A program made the position numbers and the translations under genes. The notes under the pieces were generated by a model. The model did no database searches. It had not been told where the DNA came from and saw only the letters and a list, made by a program, of their open reading frames with translations. Shown piece after piece: positions 21,301-31,456 of a DNA stretch of 46,195 nucleotides. The stretch is from Alphaproteobacteria bacterium (GTDB lineage: Bacteria; Pseudomonadota; Alphaproteobacteria; Puniceispirillales; Puniceispirillaceae), in contig JAYOST010000002.1 of NCBI GenBank assembly GCA_038139365.1, forward strand, positions 1 to 46,195. The letters run 5' to 3'. The first letter of the stretch is position 1, and every line of letters begins with the position of its first letter.

Positions 21301-22890
21301 ATGCGTAACCTCGAATTGCCGGGCCGGTCCCCGGTCGCCGCCCCGAACGGAATGGCAAGCACCTCTCACCCCCTATCCACCCAGGCTGCCGTGCGCATTC
21401 TCCAGGAAGGCGGCAATGCCATGGATGCGGCGCTTGCCGCCTGCGCTGTTCAGGCTGTTGTCGAGCCGCAATCGACCAGCATCGGCGGCGATTGTTTCTG
21501 CGTCTACGCGCCAGCTGGCAGGGACAGGATCATCGCCTTTAACGGATCGGGGCGCGCACCGCAGGGACTGGATTCGAACTGGCTTCTCGAGCAAGGCATC
21601 ACAAAAATCGAACGGCAGTCGCCGCATGCCGTGACCATTCCCGGCGCTGTCGATGCCTGGGTACAGCTCAGCCGTGACCACGGCACATTCGGGCTGGACC
21701 GGATACTTGCCCAGGCCATCGGCTATGCCCGCGACGGCTATCCGGTAACGCAGCGCGTGGCCTTCGATTTCGCCAATGAAGTCGGCGCGCTTGATGCCGC
21801 CGCCAGCGCGGTTTTCGCTCCTGGCGGGGTGCCGATACCGCTTGGCGCGCGCCATACACAGCCGGCATTGGCCAAGACCCTCGAGCGGATCGCACGCGAA
21901 GGCCGCGCCGGGTTCTATGAAGGCCCGGTCGGCGAGGAAATCCTGACACTGCTGCAAAGCCTTGGCGGGCGTCACCAGGCTGCCGATTTCGAGAACGCCA
22001 TTGGCGATTATGTCACCCCGATCAGCACCAGCTTCCGCGACCACACGGTCTGGCAATGTCCGCCAAACGGCCAGGGCGTGATCGCGCTGCTGCTACTCAA
22101 CATGATGAGCGGTGTCGACACCTATGGGGACCATCCGCTGTCCACCATGCGGATCCATCACGAGATCGAGGCCGGCCGCCTTGCCTATCGCGACCGCGGG
22201 GCGGTGCTGGCCGACCCGGCGCATGTCGATGTGCCGGTGGCGCAGATGCTGGACCCGGCCTATGCCGCCGCGCTTCGCGCGCAGATCAGTGACAAATCTC
22301 GCATCCACCCGCTGCCGCCAAGCGAGCTGCCGCGTCACAAGAGCACTGTCTATATCAGCGTTGTTGATCGCGACCGGAATGCCTGCAGCCTGATCAACAC
22401 CCTTTATGACGGATTCGGCTCGGGAATTATGGCGCCCGAAAGCGGTGTTCTGCTGCAGAATCGCGGACAGGGCTTTGTTGTCGATCCCGACCACCCGAAC
22501 GGTGTTGCCGGCGGCAAGCGCCCGCTCCATACGATCATCCCGGCGATGGTGACAAAGGATGGCCGCGCACAGATCAGCTATGGCGTGATGGGCGGCGAAT
22601 ACCAGGCCTTTGGACATATGCAGTTCCTGACGCGTCATTTCGATTACGGCATGGATGTGCAGATGGCACAGGACACGGCACGCTTCTTCCCCGAGCCCTT
22701 CAATGATTTTGTCGAGGTCGAGGGGCCAATCCCGGACTCCACGCGTGAAGAACTTCGTGCCCTTGGCCATGACATACGCCCGGCAAAAAAGCCGATCGGC
22801 GGATCGCAGGCCATTGCCATCGACTGGCAGACCGGGCTTTTGACAGCCGGGTCCGACCCACGCAAGGATGGCTGCGCCATTGGCTACTGA
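21301..22890 (+). CDS. ggt: Gamma-glutamyltransferase family (Ntn hydrolase)
   Basis: GGNAMDAA, IGGDCF, NGSGRAP, STVYISVVD (nucleophile Thr), KRPLHTIIP, GVMGG and SDPRKDG motifs. Confidence 0.92.
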   Translation: MRNLELPGRSPVAAPNGMASTSHPLSTQAAVRILQEGGNAMDAALAACAVQAVVEPQSTSIGGDCFCVYAPAGRDRIIAFNGSGRAPQGLDSNWLLEQGITKIERQSPHAVTIPGAVDAWVQLSRDHGTFGLDRILAQAIGYARDGYPVTQRVAFDFANEVGALDAAASAVFAPGGVPIPLGARHTQPALAKTLERIAREGRAGFYEGPVGEEILTLLQSLGGRHQAADFENAIGDYVTPISTSFRDHTVWQCPPNGQGVIALLLLNMMSGVDTYGDHPLSTMRIHHEIEAGRLAYRDRGAVLADPAHVDVPVAQMLDPAYAAALRAQISDKSRIHPLPPSELPRHKSTVYISVVDRDRNACSLINTLYDGFGSGIMAPESGVLLQNRGQGFVVDPDHPNGVAGGKRPLHTIIPAMVTKDGRAQISYGVMGGEYQAFGHMQFLTRHFDYGMDVQMAQDTARFFPEPFNDFVEVEGPIPDSTREELRALGHDIRPAKKPIGGSQAIAIDWQTGLLTAGSDPRKDGCAIGY

Positions 22891-22914
22891 CCGGCACAGG
22901 CGGGGAGACACTGC

Positions 22915-23697
22915 ATGTCGCGTATAGATCATGTGATCGACCTGTCCGCCTGTCCGCTTGGCGATGACGGGTTCATCGCCGCCTGCCGTGATCGGCTTGA
23001 CCGTGACGGCGTCCTGACAATCCCCGGGTTCCTTCAGGAGGCCGCGCGACTGGAGCTTGTGGCGGAGGCCGAGGCGGAATCGCCGAACGCCTTCTTCACC
23101 AGCTCGACGCACAATGTCTATCTGACACCGCCGCGACCCGAGCTTGGCGACGCCCACGTCTTCAACCGGCAGATTTCCTCGTCCAAGGGGTGTATCACAA
23201 CCGATCAGGTGCCGACCGGCTCCGGACTTCATACCATCTACGAAGCACCGGAATTCCGCAGGTTCCTGGCGCGCGTCGTCGGCGAGGCGGCGCTTCACGA
23301 ATATGCCGACCCGTTATCCTCGATCAATGTGCATTACGCCGCCGCCGGCCAGGAACTCGGCTGGCATTTCGACAATTCATCCTTTGCCGTGACGCTGTTG
23401 CTGCAGGCCCCCGAGAATGGGGGCGAGTTCCAATATGTCCGCGACCTTCGCGATGCGGATGCCGGCGAGCTGAATTACAGCGGTGTCGAGGCGGTGCTGG
23501 ATGGCAGGACGCCGCCGGAACTGCTTGACGCAACACCCGGGACACTGGTCCTGTTCCGTGGTCGCAATTCAATGCACCGGGTCACCCCGACCATTGGCAA
23601 GCGCACCAGGATTCTAGTGGTTCTGGCCTACAATTCAGAACCCGGGGTCGCCCTGTCAGAGGCGGCACGGATGACTTTCTACGGACGGCTCGGCTAG
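22915..23697 (+). CDS. Fe(II)/2-oxoglutarate oxygenase, BesD/HalD-like fold, HxD type
   Basis: LGWHFDN (HxD), GGEF and FRGRNSMHRVTP (distal His) followed by a 2OG-binding Arg; GGGGAG RBS. Confidence 0.8.
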   Translation: MSRIDHVIDLSACPLGDDGFIAACRDRLDRDGVLTIPGFLQEAARLELVAEAEAESPNAFFTSSTHNVYLTPPRPELGDAHVFNRQISSSKGCITTDQVPTGSGLHTIYEAPEFRRFLARVVGEAALHEYADPLSSINVHYAAAGQELGWHFDNSSFAVTLLLQAPENGGEFQYVRDLRDADAGELNYSGVEAVLDGRTPPELLDATPGTLVLFRGRNSMHRVTPTIGKRTRILVVLAYNSEPGVALSEAARMTFYGRLG

Positions 23698-23793
23698 ATC
23701 GGCTTCCCGCTTTACCCTGACGCGTCGTCACACTGGTGGACGCACTCGCCGTCACATCGAAATGCGCCATCGCGGCACCTGCCGGATCACGCC

Positions 23794-25932
23794 TCACAGT
23801 GACAACCGCAGCCTGACTCCGGTTTCGACCAGGGCGATGCCCTTTGCATGTGGTGCCTGATGCCGCCATTCAACGTAGCTTTCGGCGCGCAGCTTGCCGC
23901 CAAGGCCTGCCCGCCGGAAGAACAATCCCAGATCAGTCTCGCGCCTGGCAGGGCGCAGATCGACATGGCGTTCCTCCTGCAGCACGGTGCCGTCGAGCTG
24001 GCGTGCCACCGGTAGACGATAGTGCATCTGGGCGGAATCGATCTGGACCGGGCGGCTGAGACTGACCCCGAACAACCCGCCTGCCGCAGGATGCGTCAGA
24101 CCAAGGCTGGCGGTGCTCGAGGTCACGATGCCGGGCTGTGCCAGCAGACTCGGAGCCTCTCCCGTCTCAAGCCTGGTCACAGCACCGCCAAGCTGTGCGA
24201 ACAGGCCAGTCGCGCCATCGCCAAAGCCATGCCGGAAATTCGCCAGCGCATAGGCGGTACTGCTGGCTGTCACATCACCGAGAAGCCCAGACAGGCTGTT
24301 GCCGAGGAACCCGCCAGTCTCCTGTCCGGCGCCGCCGATCAGGGACCAGCCGCGATGCAACGGAACGCGAAGTGCCACATGCCGCGCCGGATCAAGATAG
24401 CCAGCATAACCATCAGTCAGGCCGCCAGCGGCAGCAACACCGCCCCTGCGGGTATCGATGGCGGCAAGGCTGAGGCCGAGATCGAGATAGAAATCGCGAT
24501 CATGGCTGTCCAGAATCATCACACCGGACAAGGCCGCGCTTGCCGCCGCACCAATCCCGGCGAGCGCGCCAGATGCCAGAGGCCTGAGCCGCGCTGCTGT
24601 CACATCATCCCCCTGCGGTACACTGACATCACCGACCGGACTGGTCGCCGCCGCCATGTCAAGCAGCCCCTGGCCATGGCTGTGCTCGGCATAGCCGGGG
24701 ATCGTCCTGTCGGCGCTCTCAAGAAGGATCGTGGCAAGCTGCCGGCCATCCAGATGCGGCCACATCTGGCGGAGCAGGGCGAGCCCGCCCGACACCACTG
24801 GTGCCGCCATGCTGGTTCCGCTCAACGCCGCATAGCCGCCATCAAGATAGGTCGAGACAACACCGGTTCCCGGCGCCAGCAGAAAACTGTCGCTGATCTT
24901 CGCGGCGTCGGCGCAGGCACCATTCTGCCAGGTGGTACAGACATTGCCGGCGCGGTTGCCACGAATCTGGTTGGTGGCCGGGTCCCAATTACCGACGATC
25001 AGCATCTGCCGGTTCAGGATAAGATCACCACTGCCATCGGTGGCGGTGGCAAGCTGGTTCGCGGCGGCGCTGTAGTCGGTGCCGTTGTTGCCGGCCGCCT
25101 TGACAAGCACCTGGCGTAGACCAAGTGCCGCGCGCCACGAGGCGGCTTCGGCCTTCACCCCATAGAAGCCGGTCTGACCGTATCCCCATGGATCATCGAG
25201 ATAGTAGCTCGCCTCGCCGATCGGCACGAGAAAGGTCTCAAGATAGCGATCGCGCAAATAGGCGGCGCTGACATTCACCGCCACCGAGTCGGCCTTTGCA
25301 CCCCAGTCGGCGGCCTGACGCGCCAGCGCGAAGCTGTAGCTTGAAGAGCTCGCAACCTTGGCGATCGCAAGCGTGGCATCAAAAGCCGCGCCATGCATGG
25401 CTTGACCGTCGCGACGCGCGCCGACAATGCCGGCGACATGCGTGCCATGTCCATGCGTGTCATTGATACCGGTTCCGGTGAAATCGCGGGCATCAGAAAT
25501 GCCGGCGGCAAGATCGGGATGATCGGCATCGACACCTGTATCGGCAATGGTCACCAGGCTGCCAAGCCCGGTCCAGCCGCGCGCATAGGCGGTGCTGAAA
25601 TTGGTGGCGGCAAGAGGGGCCCTGCTGCCGCCATAGTGATATTCGGCTGTTTCATAGAAGGCAGGGTCGGGAACGGTGCCCGGGGTTGGCAGACCGACTT
25701 TGCCGGTCCCGCCATCACCGCCCGCGTCACGCGTCGTACCGCTTTCCGCCTCACCGCCGTCAAGCCGGTCGCTGTTATCGACATACACAACGGGCCCGGC
25801 AGCCGATAATCCACCACCGCCACCGCCACATGCTGCAAGGCTCAACAACAGACAGGCGGCCACAGGATGCAGAAAAGACAGCCGTGGTCCGTTTGGAAAA
25901 TCCGGTGCGGAGAAGACGAGAGGGCGGGACAT
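23794..25932 (-). CDS. Lipoprotein S8 (subtilisin-like) serine peptidase with a C-terminal beta-rich domain
   Basis: Lipobox LAAC-GGGGGG; triad DTG / HGTHVAG / GTSMAAP; oxyanion AAGN. Confidence 0.9.
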   Translation of the reverse strand: MSRPLVFSAPDFPNGPRLSFLHPVAACLLLSLAACGGGGGGLSAAGPVVYVDNSDRLDGGEAESGTTRDAGGDGGTGKVGLPTPGTVPDPAFYETAEYHYGGSRAPLAATNFSTAYARGWTGLGSLVTIADTGVDADHPDLAAGISDARDFTGTGINDTHGHGTHVAGIVGARRDGQAMHGAAFDATLAIAKVASSSSYSFALARQAADWGAKADSVAVNVSAAYLRDRYLETFLVPIGEASYYLDDPWGYGQTGFYGVKAEAASWRAALGLRQVLVKAAGNNGTDYSAAANQLATATDGSGDLILNRQMLIVGNWDPATNQIRGNRAGNVCTTWQNGACADAAKISDSFLLAPGTGVVSTYLDGGYAALSGTSMAAPVVSGGLALLRQMWPHLDGRQLATILLESADRTIPGYAEHSHGQGLLDMAAATSPVGDVSVPQGDDVTAARLRPLASGALAGIGAAASAALSGVMILDSHDRDFYLDLGLSLAAIDTRRGGVAAAGGLTDGYAGYLDPARHVALRVPLHRGWSLIGGAGQETGGFLGNSLSGLLGDVTASSTAYALANFRHGFGDGATGLFAQLGGAVTRLETGEAPSLLAQPGIVTSSTASLGLTHPAAGGLFGVSLSRPVQIDSAQMHYRLPVARQLDGTVLQEERHVDLRPARRETDLGLFFRRAGLGGKLRAESYVEWRHQAPHAKGIALVETGVRLRLSL

Positions 25933-25942
25933 GGCTGTGAAT

Positions 25943-26216
25943 CGTTGGAAGTTTGAAACTGACCAACGGGTAACATTTAAAGTTGAAAAAGTGAAATTTC
26001 TGTAAACGATTACAGATCTTTCAACTGGAAGTGACAGACCTGAAGGGTAATCACTTCGTATAGAATCCGTGAAATGATTGATATTTATTATATGATTTTA
26101 TTGTATTTTTATTGAACCTTGGAAAGCAAACTTACAGGTGCAATATCCGGCGTTGATTTGTGTTACACGACTATAAGTAGAATATATTTATTAACATTTA
26201 ATGAAAATGTTAATAA
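25943..26216. promoter_or_regulatory. AT-rich spacer with several inverted repeats upstream of the S8 peptidase
   Basis: TCTGTAA-ACGA-TTACAGA (25999-26016) nested within AGTTGAAA/TTTCAACT; perfect 12-5-12 inverted repeat TTATTAACATTT/AAATGTTAATAA (26188-26216). Confidence 0.6.
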
Positions 26217-26224
26217 TGCGCGTC

Positions 26225-29173
26225 TCAGCGCATCAGCCCGTCAAGATGCCGCGCCAGATGCAGGGCCTCACGCCCGCTTCCATCCTCGATCTGGCAGCGG
26301 CAGGAGGTGCCGTCGGCGACAATCGCTGTTTCGGCATCGGCGGCGCGCACCGCCGGCAGCAGCGCGGCCTCGGCCATGCGAATCGACACATCATAGGTCT
26401 CGCGGCCATAGCCGAAGGCGCCGGCCATGCCACAGCAGGATGTCTCGATGGTCTCCACCTCGGCCCCGGCAAGGTCGCGCAGCACCACCTCGGCCGGCTT
26501 CACCAGATCGAAGGCCTTCTGGTGGCAATGCCCGTGAAGCTTCACCGTCCCACCGGCCTTCGACAGGGGCAGCTCTGGTCGGTCCGAGGCCAGCAATTCG
26601 GCAAAGGTCATCGTCGCCTCGGCCACTTCACTGGCCTGCGCGCTGGCCAGAAGCGCCGGAATCTCGTCACGAAGGGCAAGGGTACAGGACGGCTCCAGAC
26701 CAACAATTCGGACCCCGCTGCGCGCCAGCGGGTGGAGTGCCGCGACCAGCCGTTCGGCCTCGGCACGGGCGGCATCGACCATGCCCGCCGACAGATAGGT
26801 CCGCCCGCAACAGAGCGGCCGTCCCCCGGCCGGGGCCGGGCTGAACGCATCATATCCGGCGGCGCGAAGCACGCGCACTGCGGCGCGCAGGTTTTCCGGC
26901 TCAAAATAGCGGTTGAAGGTATCGGCGAACAGCACCACCGGCACCCCGTCGCCTGTCGGCGTATCCCCGATTTCATCAGCATCAAAGGCATTGGCATGCC
27001 AGCGCGGAAGCGCCCGCCTGGTGGTAAAGCCGGTTACCCGCGAAACCAGCGCGGCAAGGCCGGGAACATGCCGCCAGCCGGATTGTACAAGATTGCTTAG
27101 CCCTGCCAGCTTCGAGGCCAGCGGCGCATAGGCGGGAAGATACGCAATCAGCCTGTCATGAAGAGGAACGCCGCGCGCCGCGGCGCGCGCCGCGGTCACC
27201 TCGATTTTCATCCGCGCCATGTCGATGCCGACCGGGCATTCGCGCTTGCAGGCCTTGCAGGACACGCACAGCTTCATGGTCTCGGCCATTGCATCGCTGG
27301 TCAGCGCGTCGGGCCCGAGTTGACCCGAGATCGCCAGACGCAGTGTGTTGGCGCGGCCACGCACAGCATCGCGTTCATTGCGGGTGGCGCGGTAGGACGG
27401 GCACATCACCCCACCCTCGAGCTTGCGGCAGGCACCGTTGTTGTTGCACATCTCGACGGCGCCCTGCAGGCCACCTGCAGCCCCCGGCCATTCGGCCCAG
27501 TCAAGCAGGCTGTCGAAACTTTCCACCTCATATCCCGGTGCGAAGCGGAACAGGCTGCGGTCATCCATCTTCGGGGCGTCGGTGATCTTGCCGGGGTTGA
27601 ACATGCCCTTCGGGTCGAACATCGCCTTCACCTGCCGGAACAGATCCGGAAGCACCGGACCGAACATACGGTCATTGAATTCCGAGCGGACGATGCCGTC
27701 ACCATGCTCGCCTGAATGCGAGCCGCCGAATTCGCGCACCAGCGCGAAGGCCTCTTCGGCGATGGCGCGCATTGTTTCCGCTCCGGCCGCCTGTTTCATA
27801 TCAAGCACCGGGCGCACATGAAGGCAACCGACCGACGCATGCGCGTACCAGGTTCCCTTGGCATTGTGCTTGTCGAAGATCTTCGTCAGCCTGTCGGTAT
27901 ATTCTGCGAGGTCCTTCAACTCGACAGCGCAATCCTCAAGGAAGGAAACCGGCTTCGCCTCGTTCTTCATGCTCATCATGATGTTGAGGCCTGACTTGCG
28001 CCATTCCGCGATCCGCCCCTGCATCGCCGGGTCGATGGCATCAACCACGCCGCCACGCCACTCATCGCCCTTGTCCCAGCCAAAACCGAGATCGCCCATC
28101 ATGGCATGGAGCCGGCGAAGGCGGTGTTCGTTCTCCGCCATGTCATCCTCGGCGAACTCTACCAGCAGCAGCGCCGCCGGGTCGCCGCGCACCGCCTCTT
28201 CCACCGTCGGCTGGAAGATCGCGATGGATCGGGCCAGCTCGATCATTGTATCATCGACAAGCTCGACCGCCACCGGATCCAGCGTGACAAGATGCTGCGC
28301 CGCGTCCATGGCCTTGTAGAAGGTCGGGAAGTGGCAGATGCCCATGAGCTTCTTTGCCGGCAGCGGCGACAGCTTCAGCTCGATCGCGGTGCTGAAGGCA
28401 AGCGTGCCTTCCGAGCCGACAAGAAGATGCGACAGGTTGATGCCGTCACCGGCCACCCCGCCAGGGCGAAGCGCCATCGCATCCGGCATCAGCGCATCGA
28501 CATTATATCCCCCGACACGCCGCAGAACCTTGGGGAAGCCTTCCATGATATCGCCGGCATGCGCCGCGCCCATTTCCAGAAGACGCGGCTGTAAATCGGC
28601 AAGAAGCCCCGTCGCCGAGGTGATGCCGATATCGCCGAACCGCGCTGTCGAACCGTCTGACAGGATGGCGTCGATGGCGGTGACATTATCGCGCATCATG
28701 CCATAGCGGATGGAGCGCCCGCCGCAGCTGTTGTTGCCGGCCATACCCCCGATCGTGGCCCGGCTGGAGGTCGAGACATCAACCGGAAACCACAGCCCGT
28801 GCGGCTTCAACTGCCGGTTCAACTCGTCAAGAACGATCCCAGGCTCGACAAGACAACGCCGCGCCGCAACATCAAGCTCGAGAATCCGGTTCAGATGCCG
28901 ACTGGTATCGATGACCAGAGCATGGTTCACCGTCTGTCCACATTGCGAGGTGCCGCCGCCGCGCGGCAGGATGGCCATGCCTTCGGCCCGCGCGAAGGAC
29001 AGCGTTGCCTCGACATCCTCGAGGCTTTCCGGCACCACCACACCATGCGGCATCATCTGGTAGATCGAGGCATCAGTGGCATAGCGGCCGCGCGCGAAAT
29101 CATCGTCGAACAGGCTGCCACGAAGCTCGGCTTTCAGCGGGGCCAGAGAGGGGACGCGGATGTCATTTGGCAT
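26225..29173 (-). CDS. FAD-binding, 4Fe-4S and CCG-domain 2-hydroxyacid oxidoreductase (GlcD/GlcF-like fusion, YdiJ type)
   Basis: PRGGGTSQCGQ, GSEGTL, HASVGCLHVRP, GEHGDG, CNNNGAC, CVSCKACKRECP, LCCG and SCCG motifs. Confidence 0.92.
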   Translation of the reverse strand: MPNDIRVPSLAPLKAELRGSLFDDDFARGRYATDASIYQMMPHGVVVPESLEDVEATLSFARAEGMAILPRGGGTSQCGQTVNHALVIDTSRHLNRILELDVAARRCLVEPGIVLDELNRQLKPHGLWFPVDVSTSSRATIGGMAGNNSCGGRSIRYGMMRDNVTAIDAILSDGSTARFGDIGITSATGLLADLQPRLLEMGAAHAGDIMEGFPKVLRRVGGYNVDALMPDAMALRPGGVAGDGINLSHLLVGSEGTLAFSTAIELKLSPLPAKKLMGICHFPTFYKAMDAAQHLVTLDPVAVELVDDTMIELARSIAIFQPTVEEAVRGDPAALLLVEFAEDDMAENEHRLRRLHAMMGDLGFGWDKGDEWRGGVVDAIDPAMQGRIAEWRKSGLNIMMSMKNEAKPVSFLEDCAVELKDLAEYTDRLTKIFDKHNAKGTWYAHASVGCLHVRPVLDMKQAAGAETMRAIAEEAFALVREFGGSHSGEHGDGIVRSEFNDRMFGPVLPDLFRQVKAMFDPKGMFNPGKITDAPKMDDRSLFRFAPGYEVESFDSLLDWAEWPGAAGGLQGAVEMCNNNGACRKLEGGVMCPSYRATRNERDAVRGRANTLRLAISGQLGPDALTSDAMAETMKLCVSCKACKRECPVGIDMARMKIEVTAARAAARGVPLHDRLIAYLPAYAPLASKLAGLSNLVQSGWRHVPGLAALVSRVTGFTTRRALPRWHANAFDADEIGDTPTGDGVPVVLFADTFNRYFEPENLRAAVRVLRAAGYDAFSPAPAGGRPLCCGRTYLSAGMVDAARAEAERLVAALHPLARSGVRIVGLEPSCTLALRDEIPALLASAQASEVAEATMTFAELLASDRPELPLSKAGGTVKLHGHCHQKAFDLVKPAEVVLRDLAGAEVETIETSCCGMAGAFGYGRETYDVSIRMAEAALLPAVRAADAETAIVADGTSCRCQIEDGSGREALHLARHLDGLMR

Positions 29174-29270
29174 GAAACACTCGATGAAAAAAGGCTGTGG
29201 CCTGAACCGTTGGGCATAGCGTCGCGGTAGCGCGTTGGACAGTTGTCACCGTGACCCGAAAAATCTAGGT

Positions 29271-29284
29271 TATTTGGTATTCCA
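29271..29284 (+). promoter_or_regulatory. Putative GntR operator 1
   Basis: TATTTGGTATTCCA, between the divergent oxidoreductase and aminotransferase genes. Confidence 0.65.
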
Positions 29285-29308
29285 TTCCAACGCGAAAGAT
29301 TACCGCAC

Positions 29309-30493
29309 ATGAGTTCCCCATCCTATCAGGCCGGCCGGCATTTTCTTCAAATCCCGGGGCCATCCAACGTTCCAGACCGAATCCTGCGCGCCATGGATCA
29401 CCCGACCATCGATCACCGCGGCCCGGCCTTTGCCGAGCTAGGCAGGAAGTGCCTTGACGGGATGAAGACCATTTTCAAAACCGATACTGCGGTGATCATC
29501 TATCCGGCCTCCGGAACCGGCGCCTGGGAAGCGGCGCTGGCCAATCTTCTGGCTGAGGGCGACAAGGTGCTGATGGTGGAAACTGGCCATTTCGCGACCC
29601 TGTGGAAAAAAATGGCCGACAAGCTCGGCATTGTCACCGAATTCCTTGAGACCGACTGGCGGCGCGGCGTTGACCCGCAAGCCATCGAGGACAGGCTTCG
29701 TGCCGACAGCGGCGGGGACATCCGCGCTGTCTGCGTCGTTCACAACGAAACCTCGACCGGATCGACGTCACGCATTGGCGAGGTTCGCACCGCGATGGAC
29801 GCTGCCGGGCATGGCGCATTGCTGATGGTCGACACCATCTCCTCGCTTGCCTCGATCGACTACCGCCATGACGAGTGGGGAGTCGATGTCACTGTCTCGG
29901 GATCGCAGAAAGGGCTGATGCTGCCGCCAGGATTGTCTTTCAACGCGCTTTCCGAGCGCGCCATAGCCGAATCCGGGTCCGGCGGACTTCGCCGATCCTA
30001 CTGGGACTGGCAGGAACAGCTGGCAGCAAATGCCGGCGGGGCGTTTCCCTATACCCCGGCGACAAACCTTCTCTACGGTCTGGCCGAGGCCATCGACATG
30101 CTTCATGAGGAAGGTCTCGACAATGTCTTCGCCCGCCACGACCGGCATGCCGAGGCGACCCGCCGCGCCGTTCAGGCCTGGGGACTGGAAGTGCTGTGCC
30201 AGGAACCACGCGACTTCTCCAGCTCACTCACCGCGGTGCTTTTGCCGGAAGGGCATGACGCCGACGCCTTCCGCGCCGCCGTGCTGAAACATTTCGACAT
30301 GTCGCTTGGCAACGGCCTGTCGCGTCTTGCCGGCAAGGTCTTCCGGATCGGCCATCTTGGCGACTTCAATGACCTGATGCTGACCGGAACATTGAGCGGT
30401 GTTGAAATGGGACTTCGCGTTGCCGATGTGCCGCACCAGTCTGGCGGTGTCGGGGCCGCGATGCAGTATCTGGCAGAAAGCGCCGCGGCCTGA
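29309..30493 (+). CDS. Class V PLP aminotransferase (serine/alanine-glyoxylate type)
   Basis: LQIPGP, ASGTGAWEAA, VHNETSTG, VDTISS, GSQKGLMLPPG (PLP Lys) and FRIGHLG motifs. Confidence 0.92.
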   Translation: MSSPSYQAGRHFLQIPGPSNVPDRILRAMDHPTIDHRGPAFAELGRKCLDGMKTIFKTDTAVIIYPASGTGAWEAALANLLAEGDKVLMVETGHFATLWKKMADKLGIVTEFLETDWRRGVDPQAIEDRLRADSGGDIRAVCVVHNETSTGSTSRIGEVRTAMDAAGHGALLMVDTISSLASIDYRHDEWGVDVTVSGSQKGLMLPPGLSFNALSERAIAESGSGGLRRSYWDWQEQLAANAGGAFPYTPATNLLYGLAEAIDMLHEEGLDNVFARHDRHAEATRRAVQAWGLEVLCQEPRDFSSSLTAVLLPEGHDADAFRAAVLKHFDMSLGNGLSRLAGKVFRIGHLGDFNDLMLTGTLSGVEMGLRVADVPHQSGGVGAAMQYLAESAAA

Positions 30494-30519
30494 GGCCGGC
30501 GCGCGAAAGGAATGACACC

Positions 30520-31323
30520 ATGAGTGAGGCTGTGAGCACCGACGACGAACTTCTCTACAGCGCCAAGGACGGCATCGGCCACATTGTGCTGAACAGGCCG
30601 CACCGCCGCAACGCGCTGACCTTCGGCATGTATGAGCAAATCAGGCAGATCTGCGCACGCGCCGGCACCGCCGATGATCCGGATGGGCTGAAAGTGCTGA
30701 TTTTCTCCGGCGGCGGCGATGCCGCCTTTGCCGCCGGCACCGACATCTCGCAATTCCGCACCTTCACCAAGGAAGACGCCATCAATTACGAAGAGATGGT
30801 CGACAAGGTGATGACAACCATCGAAGACTGCCGGATTCCCACCATCGCCGCGCTGAACGGGTTCTGCACCGGGGGCGGGGCGGCCATCGCCGCCGCTGTC
30901 GATCTTCGCATCGGCAGCCGTGACCTGAAGGTCGGTGCGCCCATCGCCCGCACCCTCGGCAATTGCCTTGCGATTGCCAATATCTACAGATTTGTGCGGT
31001 TGATTGGCGAGGCGAGGCTGAAATACATGCTCCTCACCGCTTCATTGATCGATGCTGAGGAAGCCGCCTCTGCCGGGTTCATCTCAGAACTTCTGGATGA
31101 CCGCGATGCGGTGCTGGCCCGCGCCGACGAGATGGCGCGCGGGATCACCGAACTGGCGCCGCTGACGCTTGATGCCACCATGCGCGGTATCCGCCGCCTG
31201 TCATCGGCCACACCGCTTCCCGACGATCACGATCTTGTCGAACAGACCTTCGGTAGTGCCGATTTCAAGGAAGGAATCTCCGCCTTTTTCGAGAAACGCA
31301 AGCCCGACTGGAAGGGCGTCTGA
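30520..31323 (+). CDS. Crotonase-fold (enoyl-CoA hydratase/isomerase family) protein 1
   Basis: LNRPHRRNAL, FAAGTDI, PTIAALNGFCTGGG and EGISAFFEKRKP motifs. Confidence 0.9.
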   Translation: MSEAVSTDDELLYSAKDGIGHIVLNRPHRRNALTFGMYEQIRQICARAGTADDPDGLKVLIFSGGGDAAFAAGTDISQFRTFTKEDAINYEEMVDKVMTTIEDCRIPTIAALNGFCTGGGAAIAAAVDLRIGSRDLKVGAPIARTLGNCLAIANIYRFVRLIGEARLKYMLLTASLIDAEEAASAGFISELLDDRDAVLARADEMARGITELAPLTLDATMRGIRRLSSATPLPDDHDLVEQTFGSADFKEGISAFFEKRKPDWKGV

Positions 31324-31383
31324 CCCGTCGCACCAGCGTGATTACCCTGTCCTCCGGCCATGACGGAAACATCGCCGGATGCT

Positions 31384-31411
31384 TTGCCTTCCTGTGAATT
31401 TGGTATACCAT
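31384..31411 (+). promoter_or_regulatory. Promoter overlapped by putative GntR operator 2
   Basis: TTGCCT-N16-TACCAT, overlapped by AATTTGGTATACCA (31397-31410, containing the perfect palindrome TGGTATACCA). Confidence 0.75.
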
Positions 31412-31456
31412 GACGCCAGGGTCCGGGGCTGGCCCGCCATTTCACAGGAGATACGC

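Noticed and set aside
22915-23697. Radical halogenase
   Set aside because: The facial triad is HxD, not HxG/A.
26191-26213. CtrA box (TTAA-N7-TTAA)
   Set aside because: The TTAA half-sites are spaced 3 and 8 nt apart, not 7.
29309-30493. BhcA of the beta-hydroxyaspartate cycle, or serine-cycle SgaA
   Set aside because: No bhcBCD or serine-cycle genes are adjacent, and the N-terminus (GRHFLQIPGP) differs from BhcA as I recall it. Left at family level.
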